Positions 55,735 to 64,000 of a DNA stretch of 64,000 nt are shown piece by piece (the first letter of the stretch is position 1; the number at the start of each line of letters is the position of its first letter). Origin of the DNA: an uncultured Acidobacteriaceae bacterium (GTDB taxonomy: Bacteria > Acidobacteriota > Terriglobia > Terriglobales > Acidobacteriaceae); assembly GCA_963732305.1 (NCBI GenBank), contig CAVSYW010000002.1, positions 860,694 to 924,693 on the forward strand. Reading direction: 5' to 3'. The notes below the pieces were generated by a model. The model did no database searches, was not told where the DNA came from, and saw nothing but the letters and a program-made list of their open reading frames with translations. A program made the translations under genes and the position numbers.

Positions 55735-56649
55735 ATGCGAAGCAGATTGGTTTTCGAGCGTGGATTTGCGTCGTTCATTTTGATCACGCTGGCCGTGTTC
55801 TTTGTCGCGGTGCATTTCGCTGCGGCGCAGAGCCAGCCGAGTTCTTCGCAGCCGCAAACCGGTGCAACACCGCCGGACCGCACCGAGCTGCTGAAGGTGA
55901 AGCCGAATATCTCGGGGCAGCGCAACGGGATTTTCGTTGAGCCGGACCCGATGGACTTTGCCGATCATGCGGGCTACGTTTCGCTGTTCGATGGAAAAAC
56001 GCTCACCGATTGGGACGGGCAGCCCGGCGTGTGGAGCGTGGAAGACGGCGCGATCGTGGGCGTCTCGACCAAAGAGCACGTCGCAGGAAATTCTTTCCTC
56101 GTTTATCACGGTGCGGAAGCGAAGGATTTCGACCTCAAGCTCGAAATCAAAGTGGAGTGGGGCGGAGGCAGCGGCGTGCAGTATCGCAGCAGCACGGGCA
56201 TTCCGCCGGGACGCACGGCCGGCAAGGGTGAGCCGGCGCTCGATTCGCGCTGGGTAATGATTGGGCCGCAAGCCGACTTCTGGTTTCCGGTGAATGAGCG
56301 TGCGAAGCAATACAGTGGGCAGCTCTACTCGCAGAACACATCGCTTGGCATTGTTGCGTGGCGCGGGCAGGTGGTCGAATCCGAGCCGGGCAAATTTCAG
56401 CGGCTCGTGGGGACGATCGGCGACCGCGCGCAACTGGGGACGTATGTGAAAGACGGCGAGTGGAACCAGTACACGATCATCGCGCGCGGCGGAACGATAC
56501 TGCACATTCTGAACGGCCAATTGATGACGGTGCTTGTGGATGACGATCCGGTTTCGACGAATAATGTTTCTGGATTATTCGGATTACAGATCGAGGGAAC
56601 GCCGTGCAAGGTGTCGTTCCGCAATATTTGGTTGAGAAAAATTAATTAA
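55735..56649 (+). CDS. Exported DUF1080 (3-keto-disaccharide hydrolase-like) protein
   Basis: Signal peptide; SLFDGKTLTDW, GSGVQYRS, GEWNQYTI, GLQIE, FRNIWLR. Confidence 0.88.
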   Translation: MRSRLVFERGFASFILITLAVFFVAVHFAAAQSQPSSSQPQTGATPPDRTELLKVKPNISGQRNGIFVEPDPMDFADHAGYVSLFDGKTLTDWDGQPGVWSVEDGAIVGVSTKEHVAGNSFLVYHGAEAKDFDLKLEIKVEWGGGSGVQYRSSTGIPPGRTAGKGEPALDSRWVMIGPQADFWFPVNERAKQYSGQLYSQNTSLGIVAWRGQVVESEPGKFQRLVGTIGDRAQLGTYVKDGEWNQYTIIARGGTILHILNGQLMTVLVDDDPVSTNNVSGLFGLQIEGTPCKVSFRNIWLRKIN

Positions 56650-56749
56650 TGTTCCTTCAGCACAGCAGTCAGCGCTCAACGGCCAATGTGTAACGCCGGC
56701 GTTTACGCCGCCAGGGGCGATGTGCGGGTCTGGAGACCCGCGTTTCCTC

Positions 56750-57097
56750 TTAAAACAGATCCGCAATCGGCGGAAACGTGAGCAGCAAACCTAGAATGAG
56801 CAAGACAAATGCCGCGGTATTGACGCGGGCGAGAGCGACGCTGCGATTGCGCCAACGCGTATGCAAGATGGCCCATGTTGCAAGCCACAACACGATCGCG
56901 CAGGTGGTGACGCCCGAGAGCGGGCCGGCGGGTTTCCAGAAAACCATCATGCTTTTGATGGCGGACGATTGATCGGCCAGGATGGCGAAGACGGCCACAA
57001 GAAATGCGCCAAAGCCGGCGGCGAGTATGGCCGCCGCGCCGGCGCCGTTGGGGCGAGTCGCGGACGGGGCGGAAGCTGAATCGTTTTGCGCGCTCAT
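56750..57097 (-). CDS. Small membrane protein of unknown function (about 3 TM)
   Basis: Hydrophobic segments; GPLSGVTT; ATGA overlap with upstream gene. Confidence 0.75.
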   Translation of the reverse strand: MSAQNDSASAPSATRPNGAGAAAILAAGFGAFLVAVFAILADQSSAIKSMMVFWKPAGPLSGVTTCAIVLWLATWAILHTRWRNRSVALARVNTAAFVLLILGLLLTFPPIADLF

Positions 57098-57672
57098 TTG
57101 GTTTCTCCCTGAACAATATGGATGACTGGGCCGCCCTCAACTGGCGCGTTTTTGTTGATCATGGCGCCGAAGAATCCGGCCACGCCCGCGGCGAGGAGCG
57201 AGACCCACACAAACACAAGGACTGCGGAGCGAAGCTGCGGATGGTTCTTGAGATCGCGGCCGTATTCGAGAACCACGGCGGCAGCCATGGTGATGGAGAT
57301 GGGAGCGATCCAGGCCACGTGCTCCTTCCACTCCATGCCGATGGAGTGCCAGGCGCTGGTCGTGGGGCTTGCCATCAGCAGCCGCTGCGGAAATGCGGCG
57401 AGGTTCGCCATGCCCGGCGGCGGCGCCGCGCGATACCAGGGATAGATGATGTACGCGCCCGTGAGCACGGCGAGCCATGCCAGCGCGGCCATGGCGACGA
57501 GATAGATGCGGAGAAATTGTTCGTCGCGCTCCGTGGGCTGCGACGGGTTCTGCGTGCAATAGTGCCCGTAGAGTTGGACGAGCGCGCCGGAACAGGCCAG
57601 CAGGTAGAGCGCACCGAAGCCCATGCCATGAATGAGGGTCCAGAATCCGCGCGTGGTGATTTCCATCTGCAC
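57094..57672 (-). CDS. Membrane protein of unknown function (about 4 TM, His-containing WKEH motif)
   Basis: LIHGMGFG, WHSIGMEWKEHVAW; start GTG 57672 or ATG 57666. Confidence 0.78.
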   Translation of the reverse strand: MQMEITTRGFWTLIHGMGFGALYLLACSGALVQLYGHYCTQNPSQPTERDEQFLRIYLVAMAALAWLAVLTGAYIIYPWYRAAPPPGMANLAAFPQRLLMASPTTSAWHSIGMEWKEHVAWIAPISITMAAAVVLEYGRDLKNHPQLRSAVLVFVWVSLLAAGVAGFFGAMINKNAPVEGGPVIHIVQGETK

Positions 57673-57707
57673 CGTCCCTTGATTTCAATCGGCTGGGCGT
57701 CGCGGGG

Positions 57708-58568
57708 TTATTGCCCGTCTATGCCGGGAGGAGCAGGGAAGAGCGGACTTTCCGCTGAATCTTTCTTCTCATCCGGAGACGCACCCTTCGCGTCCTTGCC
57801 CCACGTCCAATACATGCCGACGTATGCGTAGTTCTCAGTCTGTCCCGCAACGGAGTGGCCGTAGCTGAACATGAACTGCCGGTTTGGATTGTGCTTGAAG
57901 TGATAGAGGGCGCCGACATCGACCATGGCCGAGCGCTCGGTTTGCGCGGCGCCAAAGCCCTCGCGGCCGTGCGCGAAGATCTCAGCGCCGATCTCCCACT
58001 GCTCGCCCACCTCGCGCGTGACGAGAAAGCCGGCGTAAGGAAAGTCGCGGTAGTTGGCCTGCGGCACAACCTGGTAGCCACCGCCGCCGTCAAAGAGCCA
58101 TTTGCCGGAGTTTTTTTGCAGCCAGATGGGCAGCTTGTACCAGACCTTGCCCACGCCGAGGCCCTTGTCGAAGTTGCCAGTAGGCAGTTCGAACATGGTG
58201 TAGCTGCCGATCTCTGGAAAGTGCCTGGTCTCTTTGATGAAAGAGAATTTCACGCCCGTCTCCATGTCGGTGACTCCAAACTGAGTGGGCCCCGTGCCGG
58301 CGGGGAGATAGACGGGATTGTTCGACGGAGCCGCCACGCCCCAGGGAAGAATGACGTGAAGCTGCACGCGGGGAAGTGCGCCCCAGTTGAACTCGAAGGC
58401 AGGACCCGTGGAGTCTATCTCCGCCGGAGTGCCGTCGACGCCGCCGAAGATGTAGAACTCGTAGTGATGCAGATCGACGGGGACGGAATCGTCAGTCTGA
58501 TAGGGAGGGCCTTGCGCGCGAAGATGGGCCGCTGCGAAGAGGAAGAGCGCTAGGGCGGCAAGCCTCAG
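57708..58568 (-). CDS. Probable outer-membrane beta-barrel protein (MetA/SphA-like 'transporter' family); start codon uncertain
   Basis: Frame open well upstream of GTG 58367: signal peptide RLAALALFLFAAAHLRA-QGPPYQTDD...; alternating amphipathic strands; no ATG/GTG/TTG upstream in frame (CTG 58568 used). Confidence 0.7.
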   Translation of the reverse strand: MRLAALALFLFAAAHLRAQGPPYQTDDSVPVDLHHYEFYIFGGVDGTPAEIDSTGPAFEFNWGALPRVQLHVILPWGVAAPSNNPVYLPAGTGPTQFGVTDMETGVKFSFIKETRHFPEIGSYTMFELPTGNFDKGLGVGKVWYKLPIWLQKNSGKWLFDGGGGYQVVPQANYRDFPYAGFLVTREVGEQWEIGAEIFAHGREGFGAAQTERSAMVDVGALYHFKHNPNRQFMFSYGHSVAGQTENYAYVGMYWTWGKDAKGASPDEKKDSAESPLFPAPPGIDGQ

Positions 58569-58645
58569 GCGCTTGCTGGTGAGCTGTTTTGGGTGCCTGA
58601 TCTTAGCTAGGGAAAAGTGTGCCGTTGGTAAACCCTCTTCGGCAA

Positions 58646-58674
58646 ACTTTATATCGAATTTCGATAGTCGTCAA
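58646..58674 (-). promoter_or_regulatory. Promoter of the envelope module with a perfect palindrome (likely PadR operator) in the spacer
   Basis: TTGACG-N17-TAAAGT; TATCGAA-T-TTCGATA at 58652-58666. Confidence 0.7.
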
Positions 58675-58708
58675 GAAAAAATTGTGCAAATTCATGTATA
58701 GTGGTGCT

Positions 58709-59035
58709 GTGAAGGATCAGAATCGCGAGCTTTTCTACGGTCTCATTCGCATTCACGTGCTGCTGCACGCGCGTCAGGAGCCGATTTTCGGTCTTGCCAT
58801 GATGGAGGAGCTTGCTCACCACGGCTATCGCATCGGTCCGGGCACGCTCTACCCGCTGCTGCACGGACTGGAACGCCTGGGTCTTCTAAAGTCCGCCGAC
58901 GAGAGCGCAGGAGGCCGCCGTAAGATGTACCGGATCACTGCGGCCGGAAAAAGGGCGCTGACGCGGGCAAGCGGGAAAGTCGACGAGCTCTACCACGAAT
59001 TGCACGAGGCGCATCCGCGGCGGTTGAGTGAGTGA
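58709..59035 (+). CDS. PadR-family transcriptional regulator (possibly leaderless GTG)
   Basis: LIRIHVLLHA, GPGTLYPLLHGLE, RKMYRITAAG; TATAGT 58697-58702 upstream. Confidence 0.9.
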   Translation: MKDQNRELFYGLIRIHVLLHARQEPIFGLAMMEELAHHGYRIGPGTLYPLLHGLERLGLLKSADESAGGRRKMYRITAAGKRALTRASGKVDELYHELHEAHPRRLSE

Positions 59036-59040
59036 GCGGA

Positions 59041-60756
59041 CTACCGGCGGCGCCCGCCGCCACCGCTTGAGTGGCTCATCCTGGGAGCTTTGGGCGCACT
59101 GAAATGTCCACCGCCGCCATAGTTTTTGGGAGCGCTATATTTTGGCGCGCTGAACCTCGGTTGCTTTTGGCTGCTGAATCCGCGAAAACCGCCCGACTCA
59201 TTCCGCGCCATTGTGTTACCGCGCGGCTCATACCCGCGGCTTGAATACGTGCGCGGGTCGATTCCTGGCGTGCGATAGGATTGCGGTGCGCGATAGGTCG
59301 AATACGGATTTGTGTATGCGTATGAGGGTCGCTTCGCGTAATTCTGTTGCGCCGGCCGGTTCGTGTACCCGTAGCCCGGATTGCTGAACGTTTGCGGACG
59401 AGTCGCGTACCCTGGATTCGAATACGATTGCGGACGATTGGGATAGGTCTGCGGGTGATACGCGTAGTTCTGCGACGTGGGGCGCTGGAAGTTCTGCGCG
59501 GGCAGCGAGGGACGCGTATAACTGTATGCCGGCTGCTGCGCACCGCGATTCGAGTAGGCCTCGGGGCGAGCGGGTTCGCGGTAAGGCTCGGGCTGCCGCG
59601 CGTAGTTCTGCGCTGGTGCGCGATTGTCGTACGCGCCGCCGCGCTGATATGAATCCTGGCGCGAATTCTGGTACGCGTTTTGCGGCGTGGGAAAGCGGCG
59701 ATAGGAATTGTCATATCCGCCCGGCGCGCGCTCATTCTGCCGCCAGCCGTTGTAGGCGCGCGCACCACCACGTGGCAGGCCCCAATCGCGTACTGATGCG
59801 CTATTGGTAAAGTAGCCGCTGTGATTGAAAAGGACTGCGTGCCCGATCCAGTCGAGCCCCCATGACAGCAGGCCGAAGGGCGTGCGATCGAAGGCCCCGA
59901 GCGCGAAGCTCAGTCCATATTGAATCGGCAGGCCGTTAAAGAATGAACCGAGGGCGCCGACGAGCGAGAAGCCCGGATATGGGGCAATGGGCGGTCCATA
60001 GACATCCCACGGATCGTAGGTCGGCACGTAGACGATCTGCGGATTGGGCGGCGCGATGTCGACGTAACCCTGGTTTTCAGTCACGTCTTCCTGCGGCGTG
60101 CTTTCGAGATTGCCGGCCTGCTGGGCGCGGTCGCGCAGCACTTGAACCGTCTGCATCACATCCTGCGGCTGGTTGTAATAGGCGTTGCCGAGGGCCGTGG
60201 TCCAATCCAGGTTGTGGTTCAACATGTCGAGCACATCGGAGAATGCGGTAAGCGCCTTCACGCTCGGATCCCAGTCGGCCTGCTGATCGGCTCCGTCGGC
60301 GATCTGATCGGGCGCGCTGTAACCCTCGGCGCGCATTTGCTGCAACCACTGATCGGCGACGGCCACCTGCGCGGGATACGTGGACGCGGTGAGTATCTGC
60401 GCCAGGAGCGCGTCGGGATAGAGCGCAATGGGCGCCAGAAGCTGCTCAAGCTGGTCGGCGCTGAGAGCCTGAGCCGGCGTGCCCGGCTGCGTCAGTTGTT
60501 CATCGGGAGACGGCGCGTCGTAAGGCTGCTGCGCGTATGGCTGCTCTTGAGGAGCGTACTGCGGCTGCTGATATTGCGGTTGTTGATACTGCGGCTGCTG
60601 GTATTGGGGCTGTGCGTAAGAGCTGCCGGGTGCGGCGTAATACGGCGAAGCGGGATACGCCTGCTGAGCGGTGAGGAGTGCAGGTGCACAGGCGAGAGCA
60701 AGACATGCGATTGCGGCGACTGAAGAAAATGCGTGCAAGCTCGATGCGGTCTTCAT
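59041..60756 (-). CDS. DUF3300 domain secreted protein with long low-complexity tail
   Basis: LEQLLAPIALYPDALLAQIL, WDPSVKALTAF, LGNAY, VQVLRDRA, IVYVPTYDP; (PQYQQ) repeats; Y/R/P/Q/G-rich tail. Confidence 0.9.
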   Translation of the reverse strand: MKTASSLHAFSSVAAIACLALACAPALLTAQQAYPASPYYAAPGSSYAQPQYQQPQYQQPQYQQPQYAPQEQPYAQQPYDAPSPDEQLTQPGTPAQALSADQLEQLLAPIALYPDALLAQILTASTYPAQVAVADQWLQQMRAEGYSAPDQIADGADQQADWDPSVKALTAFSDVLDMLNHNLDWTTALGNAYYNQPQDVMQTVQVLRDRAQQAGNLESTPQEDVTENQGYVDIAPPNPQIVYVPTYDPWDVYGPPIAPYPGFSLVGALGSFFNGLPIQYGLSFALGAFDRTPFGLLSWGLDWIGHAVLFNHSGYFTNSASVRDWGLPRGGARAYNGWRQNERAPGGYDNSYRRFPTPQNAYQNSRQDSYQRGGAYDNRAPAQNYARQPEPYREPARPEAYSNRGAQQPAYSYTRPSLPAQNFQRPTSQNYAYHPQTYPNRPQSYSNPGYATRPQTFSNPGYGYTNRPAQQNYAKRPSYAYTNPYSTYRAPQSYRTPGIDPRTYSSRGYEPRGNTMARNESGGFRGFSSQKQPRFSAPKYSAPKNYGGGGHFSAPKAPRMSHSSGGGGRRR

Positions 60757-60987
60757 GGTAATTCCTCACAGTCCGTTCATGCTCGGCGCGAATCATTCGT
60801 CGCCTGGAGCCGTTGAGCGGCCGAGCCCACTCCGTTGTGGCAGGAGACCTATGAATACCCGCGCGCTGCCCCGCAGAGCCTGGAGAAGGCTTATCTATAT
60901 GACCCCTGCTAGGGGGATTAGTTTCGTCTGTGGGGAGAATAGTTGCGGGGGGCCGGCACGCTCGATTGCGTGGCCGCGCCGGCTTCG

Positions 60988-61491
60988 TTATCCGGCCAAC
61001 GTCTTCTTGACGAGCTCGCTTACGGCTTTGCCGTCGGCGCGCACGCCCGCCGTTTGCAGTTTGGCCTGTACCGCCTTCATCGCTGGGCCCATCTCTTTCT
61101 GAACGGGCTTGTGGCCGAGCGTGGCTTCGAGTTCGCCGAGGGCCTCGGCGACCAATTTCGCCAGCCCTGCTTCGTCCAGCGCTTTGGGCAGGAACTCTTC
61201 GATGACCACGATCTCCGCGGCTTCCTTGTTTGCGAGGTCCAGCCGGTTGCCCTTGGTGAACTGCTCGATCGAGTCGCGCCGCTGCTTGATCATGCTCGAG
61301 AGAACCTGCTCGGATTCGGGCTGGGTGAGCGAAACGTCGATTTGCTTTTGCGATGCGCGCTTCTCTATGGCTCGGTTCATCAGCGCCGACTTGATCAGAC
61401 GCAGGGTTCCGAGGCGCTCCGCGTCGTGGGCTTTCATGGCGGTGACCATTTGCTTACTGATCTGGGCTTCGAGTGCGCCGGGTTCGGACAT
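60988..61491 (-). CDS. yqeY: GatB/YqeY domain protein
   Basis: AMKAHDAERLGTLRLIKSAL, KQRRDSIEQF..GNRLDLANKE, FLPKAL. Confidence 0.93.
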   Translation of the reverse strand: MSEPGALEAQISKQMVTAMKAHDAERLGTLRLIKSALMNRAIEKRASQKQIDVSLTQPESEQVLSSMIKQRRDSIEQFTKGNRLDLANKEAAEIVVIEEFLPKALDEAGLAKLVAEALGELEATLGHKPVQKEMGPAMKAVQAKLQTAGVRADGKAVSELVKKTLAG

Positions 61492-61493
61492 TT

Positions 61494-61528
61494 TAGCTCC
61501 TAGCTGTTAGCTCCTAGCTTGTAGCTAG
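61494..61528. repeat. Heptamer array TAGCT(N2)x5 that supplies the yqeY Shine-Dalgarno
   Basis: tagctcc tagctgt tagctcc tagcttg tagctag; minus-strand AGGAG 6 nt before ATG 61491. Confidence 0.8.
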
Positions 61529-61725
61529 AGGCCAGTCAAACCAGCGCCCGCGGGAGCGAGGCTGGCCAAGGTGAAATTGTAACGATCCAGGCCCCCGGGA
61601 TGCACGCGGCGCGCAATGGTTGCATCGCCGGGGAACTTCGCTTTCACAGAGCGAAACCGACTGTAGGACGCTGCCAAGACTTTTGCCCTCCTACGGCATT
61701 TATATAAGTGACAAGTGGGAGGTGG

Positions 61726-62649
61726 ATGATGATGAGGTTCTGGAGAACAACGGTCGCGCTGGCTGGTTTGGGAATTGCCGCCATGCCGGCTTTTGGCGCC
61801 AATCCAGCGCGCCCCGGCACCGTGAACTACATCGAAGGCGCGGCATATCTCAACGGCAGACCGCTGAATCAACAAAGCGTGGGAAGCCTCGCGCTGGATT
61901 CCGGCCAGGTGCTCACGACCGGATCGGGCAAGGCCGAGATACTGCTCACGCCGGGCATCTTTCTGCGCGTGGACGATGGCAGCGCGGTGAAGATGATTTC
62001 GCCCGATCTGGCGCAGACACAAGTTGCGCTGGAGCGCGGGCGGGCCGGCGTGGAAGTGGACCAGATCTTTCCGCAGAACGAGGTGCAGATCCTCGACAAC
62101 GGCGTGACGACTCAATTGATCAAGCCCGGTTACTACGAGTTCAACGCCAACCAGCCGGAGGCCATGGTCTTCAATGGCCGTGCCGAGGTGGCAGTAGGCA
62201 ACGGCAAATGGGAGACGGTAAAGGGTCACCATGAGCTGGCGCTCGTGGCGGACGGCGCGCACGAAAAGACAGTCGGCTTCGACTCGCACCCCGTCAACGA
62301 TGAGCTTTACAACTGGAGTAGCCTGCGCTCCCAGTATTTGGCCGAAGCCAACAACCAGATTGCCGGCGAGTACGCTTACGGGGCGGGCTTCTATCCGGGG
62401 TGGTATTGGGACCCGTACATGTACGACTACACGTTCCTCGGCATGGATCCGTTCTTTAGCCCGTTCGGATGGGGCTTCTATCCGTGGGGCGGGTACGGGG
62501 GCTTCTACGGAGGTGGGTTCTACGGCGGGCGAGGATTCTACCACGGCGGCAGCAGGGGATTCGTGGGTGGCGGCTTCCACGGCGGCGGTGGATTCCATGG
62601 CGGCGGCGGCGGCGGCTTTCACGGCGGCGGCGGTGGTGGCCGGCGATAA
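61726..62649 (+). CDS. Secreted FecR-domain-like protein with Gly/Phe/Tyr-rich tail
   Basis: Signal peptide; GTVNYIEG, GQVLTTGSGKAEILLTPG, LERGRAGVEV; tail GGFHGGGG..RR (start may be ATG 61729/61732). Confidence 0.75.
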   Translation: MMMRFWRTTVALAGLGIAAMPAFGANPARPGTVNYIEGAAYLNGRPLNQQSVGSLALDSGQVLTTGSGKAEILLTPGIFLRVDDGSAVKMISPDLAQTQVALERGRAGVEVDQIFPQNEVQILDNGVTTQLIKPGYYEFNANQPEAMVFNGRAEVAVGNGKWETVKGHHELALVADGAHEKTVGFDSHPVNDELYNWSSLRSQYLAEANNQIAGEYAYGAGFYPGWYWDPYMYDYTFLGMDPFFSPFGWGFYPWGGYGGFYGGGFYGGRGFYHGGSRGFVGGGFHGGGGFHGGGGGGFHGGGGGGRR

Positions 62650-62672
62650 ACAGCGCCAGACCATACTCACCG

Positions 62673-62706
62673 AAAATGGCTGGATTCGGGGAGTCCGGCC
62701 ATTTTT
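62673..62706 (+). terminator. Intrinsic terminator (potentially bidirectional)
   Basis: AAAATGGC TGGAT-loop-GTCCG GCCATTTTT. Confidence 0.6.
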
Positions 62707-62809
62707 CTGCCTGTCGTATCTTTTCCACAGTTGAAATCGATCACAAAACTCACATAATTGTGTATTATGTGGATGACAAGCAACGAATCTGCTCCGAAAT
62801 GAGGGAAAA

Positions 62810-63991
62810 ATGATCCGCAAAACGCGCCTTTTTACTCCCGGCCCGACGCCGCTGCTTCCGGCGGCCCAGTTTGCCATGGCGGCGGCCGATATGCACCACC
62901 GGACCGCAGAGTTTCGGGCCCTTTTCCAGAAGGTTCTGGCGCAGCTCAAGGTTTTTGTGGGCACGAAGAACGACGTGCTGCTTTTGTCCTGTTCGGGCAC
63001 GGGCGCGATGGAAGCGTCGGTGTCGAACCTGACTTCGCCGGGCGATAAAGTGCTGGTGCTGACGGCGGGCAAATTTGGCGAGCGCTGGACCGGACTGGCG
63101 AAGGCCTTCGGCTGTGCGCCGGATGTGGTGACTGCTCCTTACGGGCAGACCTTCGACCTGGCGCAGGTGCGCGCCGCGCTTAAGCCCGAGCACAAGGTGA
63201 TCTTTACGCAGGCCACCGAGACTTCGACGGCGGTGCGGAACGATATCCAGGCTATTGCCAAGCTGCGCGACGAGATTGCGCCGAACACACTGCTCGTTGT
63301 CGATGGCATCACCGGGCTCGGCACTACGCATTTCGATGTCGACGGCTGGGGCATCGACGTGATCATTGGCGGTTCGCAGAAGGCGGTGATGATGCCGCCC
63401 GGTCTCGCTTACCTGAGCGTGAGCGAAAAGGCGTGGGCGGCGATGGAGACCACGAAGAATCCGCGCTACTACTTTGACCTGCGCAAGGAGCGTAAAAACG
63501 CCGTCAAGGGCGAGAGCGCGTACACGCCGGCAGTGGCGCTGGTTGCGGGTCTGGGCGCGGCGCTCGACTACATTGCGGGGCAAGCAGGCGGCGATTTGGA
63601 GAAGGGCCGCATCGCGCTGATCGATAACGCGCAGGTGAACGCGGAAGCGACGCGCGCGGGGCTGGTGTCGCTGGGATTCACGCTGTTTGCGCCGACGGCG
63701 CCCGCGGCGGCGGCCACCGCGGTTGCCGTGCCGGAGGGCATGGACTCGGGCGCGGTGGTGAAGGCGCTGAAGGCGAAGTTCGCGCTGGTGATTGCCAATG
63801 GGCAGGGCGAGATGCAGGGCAAGATCTTCCGCGTGGCGCACCTGGGCTACTTTGACTATCTCGACACCGTGGCGCTGCTGGGCGCGATGGAGTTTATCGC
63901 AAGAGACACGCTGGGGCTTCCGGTGAAGTGGGGACAGGCAGTGGCCGCGGCGCAGGAAGTGTATGCGAAAACAGTGGTCGGTGGTCAGTGA
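62810..63991 (+). CDS. Class V PLP aminotransferase (alanine-glyoxylate/serine-pyruvate family)
   Basis: LFTPGPT, HHRTAEF, SGTGAMEA, TETST, VVDGIT, GGSQKAVMMPPG, IFRVAHLG. Confidence 0.93.
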   Translation: MIRKTRLFTPGPTPLLPAAQFAMAAADMHHRTAEFRALFQKVLAQLKVFVGTKNDVLLLSCSGTGAMEASVSNLTSPGDKVLVLTAGKFGERWTGLAKAFGCAPDVVTAPYGQTFDLAQVRAALKPEHKVIFTQATETSTAVRNDIQAIAKLRDEIAPNTLLVVDGITGLGTTHFDVDGWGIDVIIGGSQKAVMMPPGLAYLSVSEKAWAAMETTKNPRYYFDLRKERKNAVKGESAYTPAVALVAGLGAALDYIAGQAGGDLEKGRIALIDNAQVNAEATRAGLVSLGFTLFAPTAPAAAATAVAVPEGMDSGAVVKALKAKFALVIANGQGEMQGKIFRVAHLGYFDYLDTVALLGAMEFIARDTLGLPVKWGQAVAAAQEVYAKTVVGGQ

Positions 63992-64000
63992 TCAGTGGTC

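Noticed and set aside
1-64000. IS element, prophage, integrase, tRNA or rRNA
   Set aside because: No transposase, integrase or phage motifs in any ORF and no cloverleaf or rRNA signature noticed by eye; tRNAscan/barrnap would be the decisive check.

Overview
GC-rich bacterial DNA, most consistent with Acidobacteriota (Terriglobia-like); this is inferred from gene families typical of that group (S53 peptidase-Ig repeat proteins, soluble Ser/Thr kinase-TPR, DUF3300, a TIGR03435-type remnant). Left to right: (1) 0.4-14.7 kb, a divergent branched-sugar locus. One arm is IclR/sugar-binding fusion regulator, Tat-exported GH127, RuBisCO-like protein (RLP) and DUF1537 acid-sugar kinase; the other is split transketolase, FGGY kinase, apiose-type ABC importer and an L-fucose-isomerase-family enzyme. 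(2) 14.8-16.1 kb, a repeat-rich spacer. (3) Two tandem giant S53 peptidase/Ig-repeat surface proteins with matching ECF-like promoters and an unusual C-terminal membrane hairpin plus internal lipobox. (4) lutABC plus an L-rhamnose cluster with a paralogous regulator and a vapBC insert. (5) MarR/DUF1398, AlkD-like, an inserted orphan, a candidate sRNA/sORF unit, DinB, nrdR, IDH, Ser/Thr kinase, PAS and degenerate GGDEF genes. (6) asd-lysC-dapB-[parDE]-dapA, DUF1080, a PadR-linked envelope module, DUF3300, YqeY, FecR-domain protein and a class V aminotransferase. Best lead (inference): the GH127-RLP-kinase arm plus the isomerase and LutABC may form a catabolic route, which I have not seen described, for aceric acid, the branched sugar next to rhamnose and apiose in pectin RG-II side chain B. 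Second lead: a possible lipoprotein 'donor-strand' anchoring signal in the S53 proteins. Eight frameshifts found are all +1, so they are probably sequencing errors. No rRNA, tRNA, CRISPR array or transposase was seen.
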